DNA of 64,000 nucleotides from Mobula hypostoma (GCF_963921235.1 NC_086108.1:115508001-115572000), one strand, 5' to 3'. Positions 1-12,569 are shown, counted from the first letter of the stretch. Notes: generated by a model not told the origin, from the sequence alone. Numbers and translations: made by a program.

Positions 1-318
1 TGTTGGAATGCGTGGCTATTTAAGTTGCCTTCCTGTCAGCTTGAATGGGTTTGGCCATTCTTTGCTGATCTTTCTCATTAACAAGGCATTTTCATCCACA
101 GAACTGTCACTCACTGGAAGTCTTTTTATTTTTCGCACCATTCACTGCAAATCTCAGAGAAAATCCCAGAAGATTAGCAGTTTCTGAGATACTCAAACCA
201 CCCAATCTGACACCAACAATCGTTCCATGGAGAAAGTCAGTTAGATTACATTTCTTCCCCATCCTGATGTTTGATCTGAATAACAACTGAACCTTTTGAC
301 CATGTCTGCATGTTTATA
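1..318 (-). mobile_element. Degraded Tc1/mariner-like DNA transposon remnant
   Basis: Resembles, from memory, fish Tc1-like elements (ccacagaactgtcactcactgg...gaaaatccca...agcagtttctgagatactcaaacc...gaccatgtctgcatg). No intact ORF or TIR pair visible. Confidence 0.55.
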
Positions 319-329
319 GAAAATAGAAC

Positions 330-1920
330 ATGTGTATGGTCTGTGGTCTAAGTCTGTTCCTATGTCTGTGGTCTATGGTCTATGGTCCAATTCTGCTCTG
401 ATGTCTATGGTCGAATTCTTCCCCTATGTCTATAATCTATGGTCTAACTCTGCTGGTATGTCTATGATCGATGGTCTGTGGTCTACGGACTAATTTCGCT
501 CCTATGTCCATGGTATATGGTTTAATTCTGTCCATATGTCTATGATCTATGGTCTATGGTCTAATTCTGCTCCTTTGTTTATGGTCTCTTGTCTATGGAC
601 TAATTCTGCCCCTATGTCTGTGGTCTATGGTCTAATTCTGCTCTGATATCTATGGTCTAATTCTGCTCCTAGGTCTATAATCTATTGTCTAACTCTGCTG
701 GTATGTCTATGATCGATGGTCTGCGGTCTACGGACTAATTCTGCCCCTATGTCTATGATCTATGGTCTAACTCTGCTGGTATGTCTATGATCGATGGTCT
801 GAGGTCTATGGACTAATTCTGCTCTTACGTCTGTGGTGTATGGTCAGGTCTAATTCAGTTCCTATGTTTATGGTCTGTGTTCTGTGGTCTAATTCTGCTC
901 CTATGTCTATGGTCTAGTTCTGCCTCAATGTCTATGATTGATGGTCTATGTCTATGGACTAATTCTGTTTCAATGTCTACGGTCTATAGTCTAGTTCAGC
1001 TCCTTTGTTTATAGAAACATAGAAACATAGAAAATAGGTGCAGGAGTAGGCCATTTGGCCCTTCGAGCCTGCACCGCCATTTATTATGATCATGGCTGAT
1101 CATCCAACTCAGAACCCTGCCCCAGCCTTCCCTCCATACCCCCTGACCCCTGTAGCCACAAGGGCCATATCTAACTCCCTCTTAAACATAGCCAATGAAC
1201 TGGCCTCAACAGTTTCCTGTGGCAGAGAATTCCACAGATTCACCACTCTCTGTGTGAAGAAGTTTTTCCTAATTATGGTCTCTGATCTATGGATTAATTC
1301 TGCTCCCATGTCTATGCTCTATTGTCTATGGTCTAATTCAGCTCCTATGTTTATGGTCTCTGGTCCATGGTCTAATTCTGCCCATATGTCTATGATCTAT
1401 GGTCTACGGTCAATTCTGCTCCTGCATCTATGGTTTATTGTCTAATTCTACTCCAATGTCTATGGTCTATGGTTTAATTCTACTGCTGTGTCTATGATCT
1501 ATGCTCTATGGTCTAATTCAGCTCCTATTTCTATGACATATGACTATGGTCTAATTTAGCTCCTATGTCTGTGGTCTTTGGGCTATGGTCTAATTCAGCT
1601 TCTATATCTATGACCTATGACTATGGTCTAAATTAGCTCCTATGTCTGTGGTCTTTGGGCTATAGTCTAATTCTGTCCCTATGTCTATGACCTATGACTA
1701 TGGTCTAATTCAGCTCCTATGTCTGTGGTCTTTGGGCTATGGTCTAATTCTGTTCCTATGTCTGTGGTCTTTGGGCTATGGTCTAATTCTGTTCCTATGT
1801 CTATGACCTATGACTATGGTCTAATTCAGCTCCTATGTCTGTGGTCTTTGGGCTATGGTCTAATTCTGTTCCTATGTCTGTGGTCTTTGGGCTATGGTCT
1901 AATTCTGTTCCTATGTCCAT
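330..1920. repeat. Degenerate minisatellite (ggtctaattctgctcctatgtctat / ggtctat units), interrupted by a CR1 insertion at 1011-1272
   Basis: Dozens of imperfect copies visible directly; more homogeneous ~39-bp units at 1720-1920. Confidence 0.9.
1011..1272 (-). mobile_element. Young CR1 LINE, 3' end only
   Basis: (ATAGAAAC)n tail, 3'UTR and ORF2 C-terminus NFFTQRVVNLWNSLP...GGKAGAGF; near-identical to copies at 7.5, 13, 21 and 27 kb. Confidence 0.95.
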
Positions 1921-1924
1921 AGTC

Positions 1925-2220
1925 TGTCGCCAATCCCTCTCCATGCTATCCAGCTTTTTTATGTCGAAGTGGCTCAACTGTTCTGAGAAGCCTGCTACTT
2001 GGCTTCTGATGTTAATGTCCACCACATCAACATTGTTACCCTCATCAACTTCATCCATAACTCATCTAAGCATTCTCTCAAACTGACTCATCATCATTTA
2101 GTCCACGCAAATCCACACTGGCGCTTTAATTAATTCCATCTGCTCCTGGTGGCTTGAATCTTGTCCCAATCAATGCTTCTGAGAGCTTGCCCGGCAATGA
2201 GTTTAACCTAGTGGCCTGGA
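1925..2220 (-). mobile_element. Old degraded CR1 RT fragment
   Basis: ORF 1801..2058 reads VDEGNNVDVV, a decayed form of the CR1 VDxGxxVDVVYxDFxKAFD motif. Confidence 0.5.
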
Positions 2221-2440
2221 CTTGTGCATTTATCCTCGTACCATTATCTGAATAAGTGAGTCTATCTCATTTATTGCAATCGTTAACCAGCGGGTAATCC
2301 TGATTCTGCCCAGGACTGAGTGATTCATGTTTCATTTACATTATCCCAAGTTGCAGACAGTTAGTCTCAGGGAGAGTGTTTGTCAAACGCTGGGCTCTAC
2401 AGTGAGAGAGAGAAACCCGGCAGTGTTCAGTCTCTCTCTC

Positions 2441-3235
2441 CACACACACACTCACACACACACACCTACACACACTTTCACACACATACACACACACTCA
2501 CACTTTCACGCACACACCTGCACACACTTTCACACACATGCACACACACACACTCACACTTTCACGCACACACCTGCACACACTTTCACACACATGCACA
2601 CACACACACTCACTCACTCTCACACACACACACACACACACTTTCACACATACACACACACACTCACACACACTCACTACACACACACATGCACTCACAC
2701 ACTCACACTCACTCTATCACACACTCAAATACAGACACATACACTCACTCACACACACACACACTCACACACTTGCACACAGACACATACACTCACTCGC
2801 ACATGCTGGGTGTACAGTGAAAGAGAGAAACCTGGCGGTGTTCAGTTACACACATACACACTTGCACTCTCTCATAAACATTATTACACACACACTTGCA
2901 CCCATACATACACAGAAACATAGACACACACATTCACACCCACACACTTGCACTCTCTCATACCCTCATACACACACAGACACGCTCACACACTCATACA
3001 CACACACAGACACACTCTCACACACACATGTACATATACACACTCACACCCACACACTCACACACACTTTCACTCTCACACACACATTCACAGACACAGG
3101 TATACACACATGCACACAAACATACATAAACACACACACTCACACAGAGGAATATACACATTCGTTCACACACTCTCTCACACATGTTCTCTTCCTCTCC
3201 CCCACACAGTCTCTCACACAGACACATATACACGC
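2441..3235. repeat. Compound (CA)n-rich microsatellite
   Basis: Directly visible; explains the His/Thr-rich ORFs. Confidence 0.95.
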
Positions 3236-3242
3236 AAAGATT

Positions 3243-5772
3243 CTCACATCGTCGTGGCTATCCCTCGAGGTCGAGGATGATGGTCTTCGTTCTGTTGATC
3301 TACTTATGGGCTCTCAAGTGGCTTATGAGTCCAATCTTGGCTTTGAAAGTTCTTCTGCATTCAGGACAGGTAGTTCCAGATGGCAGATCAGGCTTTAGTT
3401 GTTGCTGCCTCTCTTTCCATTTTCTTCTCTTTTCTTCTAATTCCGCACATCTGTTGGCTTCGAAAGTTGCTGTTCCTTCTCGGATGACGGCTTGCCAGAG
3501 TTTCCTGTCCTTGGCATTGGTTTCCCAATTGTTGATGTCGATGTTACATTTCTTCATGTTGGCTTTTAAGATATCTTTGAATCTCTTCTGTTGTCCGCCT
3601 CTTTTATGTTTGCCTCCTTTAAGCTGGGGGTAGACCATTTGTTTTGGCAGACATTCATCTTTCATCCGAACAACATGACCTCTCCATCTCAGTTGGTTCT
3701 TGATGACGTAGGCTTCAATGCTTGTTGTTTTTGCTTCATTTAGCACACTGACGTTGGTTCTTCTATCTTCCTAGCTGATATTTAAGATGTTTTGAAGACA
3801 GCATTGATGGAACTTTTCAAGTGCCTTCAGATGTCGTCGGTATGTTGTCCAGGTTTCTGATGCATACAGGAGCGTTGGGATTACCACTGCTTTGTACACT
3901 AACATTTTGGTGTCTGTTCGAATGTCACGATCATGAAAGACCCTTGATCAGAGACGTCCAAAAGCTGTTGAAACGCATTTAAGACGATGTTGGATCTCAT
4001 CATTAAGGTCGACGTTGGAGGAGAGGTGACTTCCAAGATACAGAAAGTGGTCCATGTTTTCCAGGGTTATTTCGCCAAATTGAATTGATGGTTCTATCCA
4101 ATTTGTCTCAATTGGTGACGGTTGATAGATGATCTGAGTCTTCTTGGAATTCATGGTAAGTCCAAGTTTCATGTATGCACGGTTGAAAGCAATCAGAATC
4201 TGTTGTAGGTGGTTTTCTGAGAGAGCTGCAAGACTGTTGTCATCTGCGTATTGGAACTCGATGAGGGAACTCGTGGATGTCTTCATTTTGGATTTGAGAC
4301 AGGCAAGATTGAAAAGTCTGCCATCTGTTCTGTAGACAATTTCGATTGTCATTGATAATGTGGATGATTGTCTCAATGAAGATGGTGAATAAAGTTGGGG
4401 CAATCACGCATCCCTGTTTTACTCCTAATCTAACTGGAAAAGGCTCACAGTTACTGTTGCTGACCATGACTGTGGCAAGCATGCCATCGTGGAGGAGTCT
4501 CAGGATTCGAATGTACTTTTCAGGGCATCCATAGGTGGACAGGACATCCCGTAGGAGTTCCCTTGATACCGAGTCAAAGGCTTTGGTGAGGTCGATGAAT
4601 GCCACGTACAAAGGTTAAAGTTGTTCACAACATTTTTCTTGTAATTGTTGCATTATGAAGATCATGTCAATTGCTCCACGTGATGGTCTAACACCGGCTT
4701 GTGTCTCTGGAAGGATCTTCTCTGCTAAAGGCTTGAGCTGGTTGTTCATGATGCGGGTGAGGATCTTTCCTGCTGTTGCTAACAGGGAAATTCCATGATA
4801 GTTTCCATATTCGGATTGATCGCCTTTCCTTTTGTAGATAGTAACGATTGCTGAGTCTCTAAAGTCTGCTGGTACGTCTTCATTTATCCAGATCTTGATG
4901 AGAAGTTGATGCAGTTGATAATAAGGTGGGTCACCTCCAATTTTGTAGACCTCGGCTGGTATTCCATCGAGTCCAGCGTCCTTGTTGTTTTTCAAGGTTT
5001 TGATGGCTTTCTTGACTTCTTCAAGTGTTGGTATTTTGCTTAGGGAGTCATCAATGGGCTGTTTTGGAATGTTGTTAATCACATTCCTGTCAAATGAGAT
5101 GGTTTGATTTAGAAGATCTTCAAAGTGCTCCCTCCATCTAGAATTGATGTCAGCATTGCTCTTCAGGATGGTTGAACCATCTTTGCTTTAGAGAGGGGCT
5201 TGACCGTGAGTGGATGGGCCAAAAATAGCTTTAGTTGTGTTGCAAAAGCCTCGAGTGTCGTTGGCGTCTGCTAGTTGTTGGATTTCCTGAGCTTTCTTCC
5301 TCCACCATTGGTTTTTCAGGTTTCGGGTGCTCTTCTGGACTGCAGCCTTGCATTCCTGATAGTGTTTCCTTTTGGTAGCCGATTGTTGGTTATTTTGTAA
5401 TGTGATGAAAGCTTTTCTCTTTTCGTCGATGAGTTGTTGGAGTAGTTTGTCGTTATCATCGAACCAATCCTGATGTTTTTTCATCTTGAACCCAATTGTT
5501 TCTTTGCAGGAGGTGATGATAGCATTCCTCAATTGATTCCAGCTTTCTTCTACAGATGGTGGGATTTGTTGTGGCAGTTGTTCTTGAAGATTTTGTTGGA
5601 ACTTTTGTACATGACTGATGTCTTGAAGGATATCAACATTAAATTTCTTAATAGTGTTCTGATTTTGATGTTTCCTTTTGGGCCGAATCTGGATGAGATG
5701 AGTCGATGGTCTGTCCAGCACTCGTCAGCACCAGTAACAGCTCTTGTTATCAGTACATCTTGTTGCATATGG
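3243..5772 (-). mobile_element. RTE-clade (BovB-like) LINE, 5'-truncated, with frameshifts and stops
   Basis: Ordered ORF fragments: end of APE domain (ECWTDHRLI), linker, RT (GNYHGISLL, AFIDLTKAFDSV, GVKQGCVIAPTLF, FQYADD) and a C-terminal C2H2-type finger CPECRRTFKAKIGLISHLRAH. Flanked by CA/CT microsatellite on both sides. Confidence 0.9.
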
Positions 5773-6159
5773 ACACATTCTTTCTCTCTCTTTCACACAC
5801 ACTCACACAGAGACACACACACTCTCTTTCTCTCTCACACACACAGTCAATCTCTCTCACTGTAGAGCCCTGTCTGTGTGTGTGGGAGTGAGAAAGGGGT
5901 AGAGAAAGAGCAGGGAAGAGAAAGAAAGAGAGAGAGAGAGACACTGCAATCTACTATTGGACAGTGAGCTCCCACAGACAGCTGCAAACTTTGACCAGAC
6001 AGACATTGAACCCCTGTCTCTTACCCATTTCCTGTGTAGCCGAGTAGGATCAGAATGATCAGGGACTGAGGTCTTTATAGTCGGGGTCACAGAAGAGTCA
6101 GACATTGTCAAAGAGTCAGGCCAGGAATAATTTCATAGATACAGTGGTGTTTTAAAGAG

Positions 6160-6473
6160 ATTAGTTTTATTTGTCACTTGTACGTTGAAACATAACATCA
6201 TTTGCATCAACAACTAACATGGTCTGAGGATGTGCTGGTGCCAGTCCACAAGTGTCGCCATGTTTCCTGTGCCAACACAGCATGCCCACAACTGACTAAC
6301 CAAATCCAAAACATCACTGGAATGTGGGAGGAAACCAGAGTGCCCACAGAATCCCACATGGTCACAGGGAGAACCTACAAACTCCTTACAAGACAGTGGT
6401 GGATATTGAACCCTTATTGCTGGTTGCTGATGTTATAAAGCAAATGCGCTAACCCCTACGCTACTGTGCTGCC
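6160..6473 (-). mobile_element. tRNA-derived V-SINE/HE1-like SINE
   Basis: Minus strand starts ggcagcacagtagcgtaggggttagcg (A-box-like), then gggttcaat (B-box-like) and the V-SINE-type core ggagtttgtaggttctccctgtgacc...ggtttcctcccacattcc. Confidence 0.75.
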
Positions 6474-6492
6474 AAAGTTGTGAACCCAGAAA

Positions 6493-6880
6493 CCAGAATC
6501 GGATTTAATATCACCGGCATTTGTGAATTTTGTTGTTTTGCAGTAGCAGAATATTAAAAGCATCCGTTAGTCTTGCGAGACCGTGGATCTGCGCCTGGAA
6601 AGTCTTCACTCTCCAGGGCGCAGGCCTGGGCAAAGCAGAACATAATATTGCAATACGTAATAAAAATAATTTAAAAACTATAACTTACAATAAAATATGT
6701 ATATTTAAAAATTGAATTAAATATGTATTGCAAAAAGATAAAAAATAGGAAAAAAAACAGCAGTGAGGTGGTGTTCATGGGTTCATTGTTCATTTCGAAA
6801 TCTGCTGGCAGAGGTGAAGAAGCTGTTCCTGAGACATTGATTGTTGAGTGTGCATCTTCAGGCTCCTGTACCTCCTAACA
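6493..6880 (-). mobile_element. Rex1/Babar-type LINE 3' fragment
   Basis: RRYRSLKMHTQ C-terminal motif; 3'UTR shared with copies at 41.6 and 54.0 kb. Confidence 0.7.
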
Positions 6881-7329
6881 TTGAACAAACACAGCAGATG
6901 GAAGCTGTTGCTAAAATGTTGTAGCTGAAATGGTAAGTACCTGTCTTCAGATTTCTGTACCCCCTTACGTTGACCACACACAGGAGGTGGAAGAGGAGGC
7001 TGGGTACCACAGAATGGAAGAGGAAAAGGTCAGAAAATTGTCCACAACACGGAATGGTGTTCCGCATATAGCCTGCAGCTTATCATCAAAAAATGACAGA
7101 TTTATCCCAATGTTTCTGTTAACCAATCTGCAGTCCACAGTACAGACTCAGGTCTCCAGAGCCCTGACACCTGATCTAACCTTTTATGTGCCAGCTTATC
7201 AGATGCCTTTTGAAAATCCGTACACACTGCACACTGAAGGGAAGGCAGCGGAATTTGCTGATGATATACACATAGAAAGAAAAGTTAGCTGTGATAAGCA
7301 GGGTGAGCTGCCTCAACGACTTCCCACCA

Positions 7330-9690
7330 GTACCACTCATAACACTGTGATGAAGAGCTTTGAGAGGCGGGTCATGCCCAGAATTAACTCCTGCTTGAGC
7401 AAAGACCTGCGCCTGCTGCAATTTGCCTATCACCCCAACACCGTAAGACCATAAGACATAGGAGCAGAATTAGTCCATTGAGTCTGCACCACTATTCTGT
7501 CATGGCTAATTTATTTCCACCCTCCCTCCTTCTCCCCATAACTGGGCGGCAGTGTTAGCTGTGAGGAGGATGCTAAGAGGATGCAGGGTGACTTGGACAG
7601 GTTAGGTGAGTGGGCAAATTCATGGCAGATGCAATTTAATGTGAATAAATGTGAAGTTATCCACTTTGGTGGCAAAAACAGAAAAACAGATTATTATCTG
7701 AATGGTGGCCGATTAGGAAAAGGGGAGGTGCAACGAGACCTGGGTGTCATTATACACCAGTCATTGAAAGTGGGCATGCAGGTACAGCAGGCAGTGAAAA
7801 AGGTGAATGGTATGCTGGCATTTATAGCGAGAGGATTCGAGTACAGGAGCAGGGAGGTACTACTGCAGTTGTACAAGGCCTTGGTGAGACCACACCTGGA
7901 GTATTGTGTGCAGTTTTGGTCCCCTAATCTGAGGAAAGACATTCTTGCCATAGAGGGAGTACAAAGAAAGTTCACCAGATTGATTCCTGGGATGGCAGGA
8001 CTTTCATATGATGAAAGACTGGATCGACTAGGTTTATACTCATTGGAATTTAGAAGATTGAGGGGGGATCTGAGTGAAACGTATAAGATCCTAAAGGGAT
8101 TGGACAGGCTAGATGCAGGAAGATTGTTCCCGATGTTGGGGAAGTCCAGAACGAGAGGTCACAGTTTGAGGATAAAGGGGAAGCCTTTTAGGACCGAGAT
8201 GAGGAAAAACGTCTTCACACAGAGAGCGGTGAATCTGTGGAATTCTCTGCCACAGGAAACAATTGAGGCCAGTTCATTGGCTATATTGAAGAGGGAGTTA
8301 GATATGGCCCTTGTGGCTAAAGGTATCGGGGGGTATGGAGGGAAGGCTGGTACAGGGTTCTGAGTTGGATGATCAGCCATGATCATACTGAATGGCGGTG
8401 CAGGCTTGAAGGGCCGAATGACCTCCTGCACCTATTTTCTATGTTTCTATGTTTCTATAACATTTGATGTCCTGACTAATCAAGAAGTTTTTACCCTTCA
8501 TTTTAAATATGCCCAATGATTTGGCTTCAACACAAGTCTGTGGCAACACATCTAGAATGGGTACAATCTCATTGGCTTCCTTTTGGCCTTGGATCAACTG
8601 GACAGCTGCAATACCTACATCAGGTTACTGTTTTTGGATTACAGTTTAGCGTTCAACACCATTATCTCCTCAGTACTAATCATCACCATCATCATTGTTA
8701 ATAATTGCATTTACTAATCAACAAGCTTCATAATCTCTGCAATTAGATCCTTGACTTACTCATCGGGAGATCACAGTCAGTGTGGATTGGAAATAACATC
8801 TCTTCCTCACTGACAATCAACACTGGTGCACCACAAATATGTGTGCTTAGCCCACTGTTCTGCTCTACTCTCTCGACACCCACAACCGTCTGGTTAGGCA
8901 CAATGCAAACGGCGTCTATAAATTTGCCAATGACATTACTATCATTCGTTCTTTGGAGCACTCTTCTGTCTTCGAGGATGTTTGCAAAGGAAAAGAATTT
9001 CAGGATGTATATTGTATACATTTCTCTGACATTGAACCGATTGCTGTCAGAAGCTCAGATGGCGATGAGAAGGTGTGCAGGAGTGAGATCAGTCAGCTGG
9101 CTGAGTGATGTCGCAACAACAACCTTGCATTCAGTGTCAGTAACACCAAGGAACTGATTGTGGACTTCACGAAGGGGAAGAGGAGGGAACACACACTAGT
9201 CCTCATAGGGTGGTGGGGGGGGGGGGTGGGTGTTCAGCAGTGGAAGGGGTAAGCAGCTTCAAGTTCCTGGGTGTGAAAATCTCTGAGGTTCTATCCTGGG
9301 CCCAACACATTGTTGCAACTACAAAGAAGGCACTCCAAAAGCTATACTTCATTAGGAGTTCGAAGAGATTGATATGACAGCAAAGACTCCAGCAAATTTC
9401 TACAGATGCACGGTGGAGAGCATTCTGACTGGCTGGATCACCGTCTAGTACGGAGGCTCCAGTGTAGAGGCTGCAGAGGTTTACAAATGCAACCAACTCC
9501 ATTACAGGCACACCAGGATCAAAGACCTCTTCAAGAGCCAATGCCTCAAGAAGGCAGCAATTAAAGACCCTCACCATTTGGGACACGGCCATTTCCATTA
9601 CCACCAGCATGGAGGAGGTGCAGGAGCCTGAAGACATATGGCAAACATTTTAGGAACAGCTTCTTTTCCCCTTCCATCAAATTTCAGACC
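7330..9690 (+). mobile_element. Degraded Rex1/Babar LINE RT region, split by nested CR1 insertions (7445-8550)
   Basis: MKSFERRVMPRINSCLSKDLRLLQFAY before the insert. After it: a decayed LLFxDYSxAFNTII, SSSLTINTGAPQ, TKELIVDF and the C-terminal region. Confidence 0.75.
7542..8457 (+). mobile_element. Young CR1 LINE, 5'-truncated (ORF2 C-terminal part 7581-8363)
   Basis: Open 260-aa ORF (WQMQFNVNKC, LVRPHLEYCVQFWSP), (TTTCTATG)n tail, ATAAC duplication at 7538-7542 and 8457-8461. Inserted into an older minus-strand CR1 3' end (7445-7541 and 8458-8550). Confidence 0.95.
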
Positions 9691-9917
9691 GCTCCACGGC
9701 CCAATGACAATGGGCAAACAATGAGTGCAAAAGAATGCAAACTGAGCAAATACAAAAAAGCTCAAAATATTAATAAATAAACAAATGGGCAGATAAAGAA
9801 ATAAATACTGAGAACTTGAAGTGTGGCATCCTTTAAACTGTGTTCAGAGGTTGTCAGATTCCGACATTAAGGACTCAAAGGGGCTGAGTTAGTATCTCCC
9901 ATTCTGATTCACCCCTC

Positions 9918-10100
9918 ACTGCTGTCTGTGTGGAGTGTTCACGTTTTCCCCATGGTACTCCAGTTCCCTCGAAGATCCCAAAGACATGGGGGGTGGTGGG
10001 TGAATTGTCCCAGTGTGTGGATGGAGGGTGGAATCTGGGAGGAGCAGATGGGAATGCTGGGGAAATGAAATGGGATCAATGCAAGATTAGTGTCAATTGT
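9918..10100 (+). mobile_element. Degraded V-SINE-like fragment
   Basis: gctgtctgtgtggagtgttcacgttttcccc...atcccaaagacatg core. Confidence 0.5.
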
Positions 10101-10604
10101 GATCGATTGCCAGTATGAACTGAATGGCAGGAGGGCCTTGGCTATGTCTGTTCATGTATTACACAGCTGAATCTCCAGTACCGACACATCTTTGCTGTAG
10201 AATGTCAGAGTAGACCAACTGTGGATGAGCCAACACTGTACCTAAACCACCCTGTGGCCCATCCACTGAGACCCCTGTCTCAGAGAGTGATCCCCGTGAT
10301 CAGCCCGTCTCTCTCCAAGCCCCGCTGACCCTCAGTAATCAGATAAGAGCTTCTGGTTAAACGCATCTTCACACAACATGCAGCCATTCTCTTTAAATCC
10401 CTCGCTCCGAGAGGTTTCTGCCTCTGGTAGCCGATTAAAAACTGATCTGCTAAAGAGCCTGTAATCTGCCGGCTCCCCTCGGTCTTTGATGCCCGGCTGT
10501 CCATGTGGACACGCGGGCTGACTGCGCTCTCCTCTCCACTCTAATTAATTAGTAATTGTGTTAAGCCTACGATATAGTTTCACTTTCTAAGATCACACAA
10601 TGTG

Positions 10605-10947
10605 GAGGCTACGTAGCATCCACGCCAGGACCACCAGACTCAAAAACAGTTACTTTCCCCAAGCAGTGAGGCTGATCAATACCTCCACCCACTAACCCAC
10701 CCCTCCACACCCCCAACCACCAATACTTTATCACTTCCTGTCAGTCACCTTGTGTACAGGCACCCCTGACTCTCTGTGGACATACAATCAATCTATACAG
10801 ATAAGCTATTTATATTTATTGTGTTTTGTTATTATTGTATTCTTAATATTTTGTGCTTTTGTGCTGCATTGGGCCTGGATTCACAATTATTTTGTTCTCC
10901 TTTACAGTTGTCAACAGAAAATGACATTAAACAATCTTGAATCTTAA
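10605..10947 (+). mobile_element. Rex1/Babar-type LINE 3' end
   Basis: Encodes RLRSIHARTTRLKNSYFPQAVRLIN, followed by a 3'UTR and aatcttgaatctt tail. Confidence 0.7.
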
Positions 10948-11214
10948 ATCTCAGTGCTCGGAGTAATGAGGTAGTGGGAGAGAAAACCAAGCTTTGGACT
11001 ACTCCTGCCTCAGGCCTCGGGTGTTGGACCAATTAGTCTGTGAGTGACCACTCCCAGGTTGAGTGTCCTGCCAGCCCTCCGACCTGTTTCAGGCATCTTC
11101 CCCACCAGACCTGCTGACCAGTCTAACATCGGCCTCTTGGAATGTTCAATCTGTCTTTTACAGGCTGTCACTAGGTGGCTGGATTAAAAACCCCTCCAAC
11201 CCAAGGGAGGGGCA

Positions 11215-11712
11215 TATGGGCTGGTGAGGGTTACAGAGATGGGGAACAGTGTAGAGCCTGGAGGGGGTTACAGAAACGGGGAGAGGTGTAGGGATTGGAG
11301 GGAGTTACAGGAACAGCAAGGGGTGTAGGCGTTAGTGAGGGATACAGAAACAGGGAGGGCCATAGGGGCAGGAGGGACATAGAATTGGGAAGGGGTAATG
11401 GGCTGGAGAGGGTTACAGAGACAGGGAGGGGTGTAGAGACCGGAGGGGGTTACAGAGACAGGGAAAGGTGCAGAGACCAGAGGGGGTTACAGAGACAGGG
11501 AGGGGTGTAGAGACCAGAGGGGGTTACAGAGATAGGGAGGGGTGTAGGGGCTGGAGGGAGTTACAGAGATAGGGAGGGGTGTAGAGACCGGAGGGGGTTA
11601 CAGAGACAGGGAGGGGTGTAGAGACCAGAGGGGGTTACAGAGACAGGGAGGGGTGTAGGGTCCAAAGGGGGTTACAGAGACAGGGAGGGGTGCAGGGGCT
11701 GAAGGGGGCTAC
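11215..11712. repeat. 37-bp G-rich minisatellite (gagggggttacagagacagggaggggtgtagagacca)
   Basis: About 13 copies; degenerate at the left end, homogeneous at the right. Confidence 0.9.
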
Positions 11713-12569
11713 AGTGTAGTGGAGATCATTCGAGAAAAGTAATATGCAAAATCCTGATGAGTCTCCTCTGCACCCTGTCTAATATGATCACTTTGGGACA
11801 CATTACTCAAGCTATAGCCAAACCTATGTGTTCCCTGTAGCTGCAGCATAACCTTCACTTTATGAAGGTGGATATCCTGCCCCCCATTTTCCCTTCTCAT
11901 TCTGTGCTCATCCCTTCATTTATTTTGAATTTGTACACGGTACTTGTTCAATCAATACCCTAGCCTGTGTGTAACCAAACCTACCAAACCTCCAAAATGC
12001 AGCCTCTCAGAGTTTCAGGATTACATTCCATCTGCCGTTTCTCTATCGATCTATCCACCTCACTAGTATTGTTCTGTAGGCGAAGATCTGTTACTCACTA
12101 TGAAGAGCACCATGATCAGCCTGTCATCTGTTACTCAGCCCTTGCATACAGACTGTGAATGTGTACCACAAACTGTGAGGGTGCCAGTACCATCCCTGGC
12201 GTAGAAATAGTGTGATTACTCTAGTCGAGTATCATTTTCTCTGAGGGGATTGTCTACTGGTGGGTCCTCAAGTCACTGTGGAGGCCAGTCTGGAATCGAC
12301 GTGTTCTGGTGCTGTGTGGGCAAGTGTCAGCTGTGGCTGTGGTTAGTGCTTGGATTGTTTAATTGTTCAGTCTCTCCCCTCGCAACTGCCGCTCATTTTC
12401 TGGGGCACAGTAGAGGTGTTTAACAGCAACAATGCTCTGCCTCCAATCACCATGCCCACGCAGGGAATCCTCTCTTTCTCACTAACCTTCAGTTTGGGAC
12501 CAGATTTCCACATGGAATGCAGAAGAAGTTGATGACTGTTGCATATCAACCTCCTTAGTGACACAACTA

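Noticed and set aside
2327..3398. His/Thr-rich ORFs
   Set aside because: Products of the (CA)n microsatellite.
6930..7454. 174-aa ORF as a host gene
   Set aside because: A chimera of unique sequence and a Rex1 RT fragment, with no recognisable domain or convincing splice sites.
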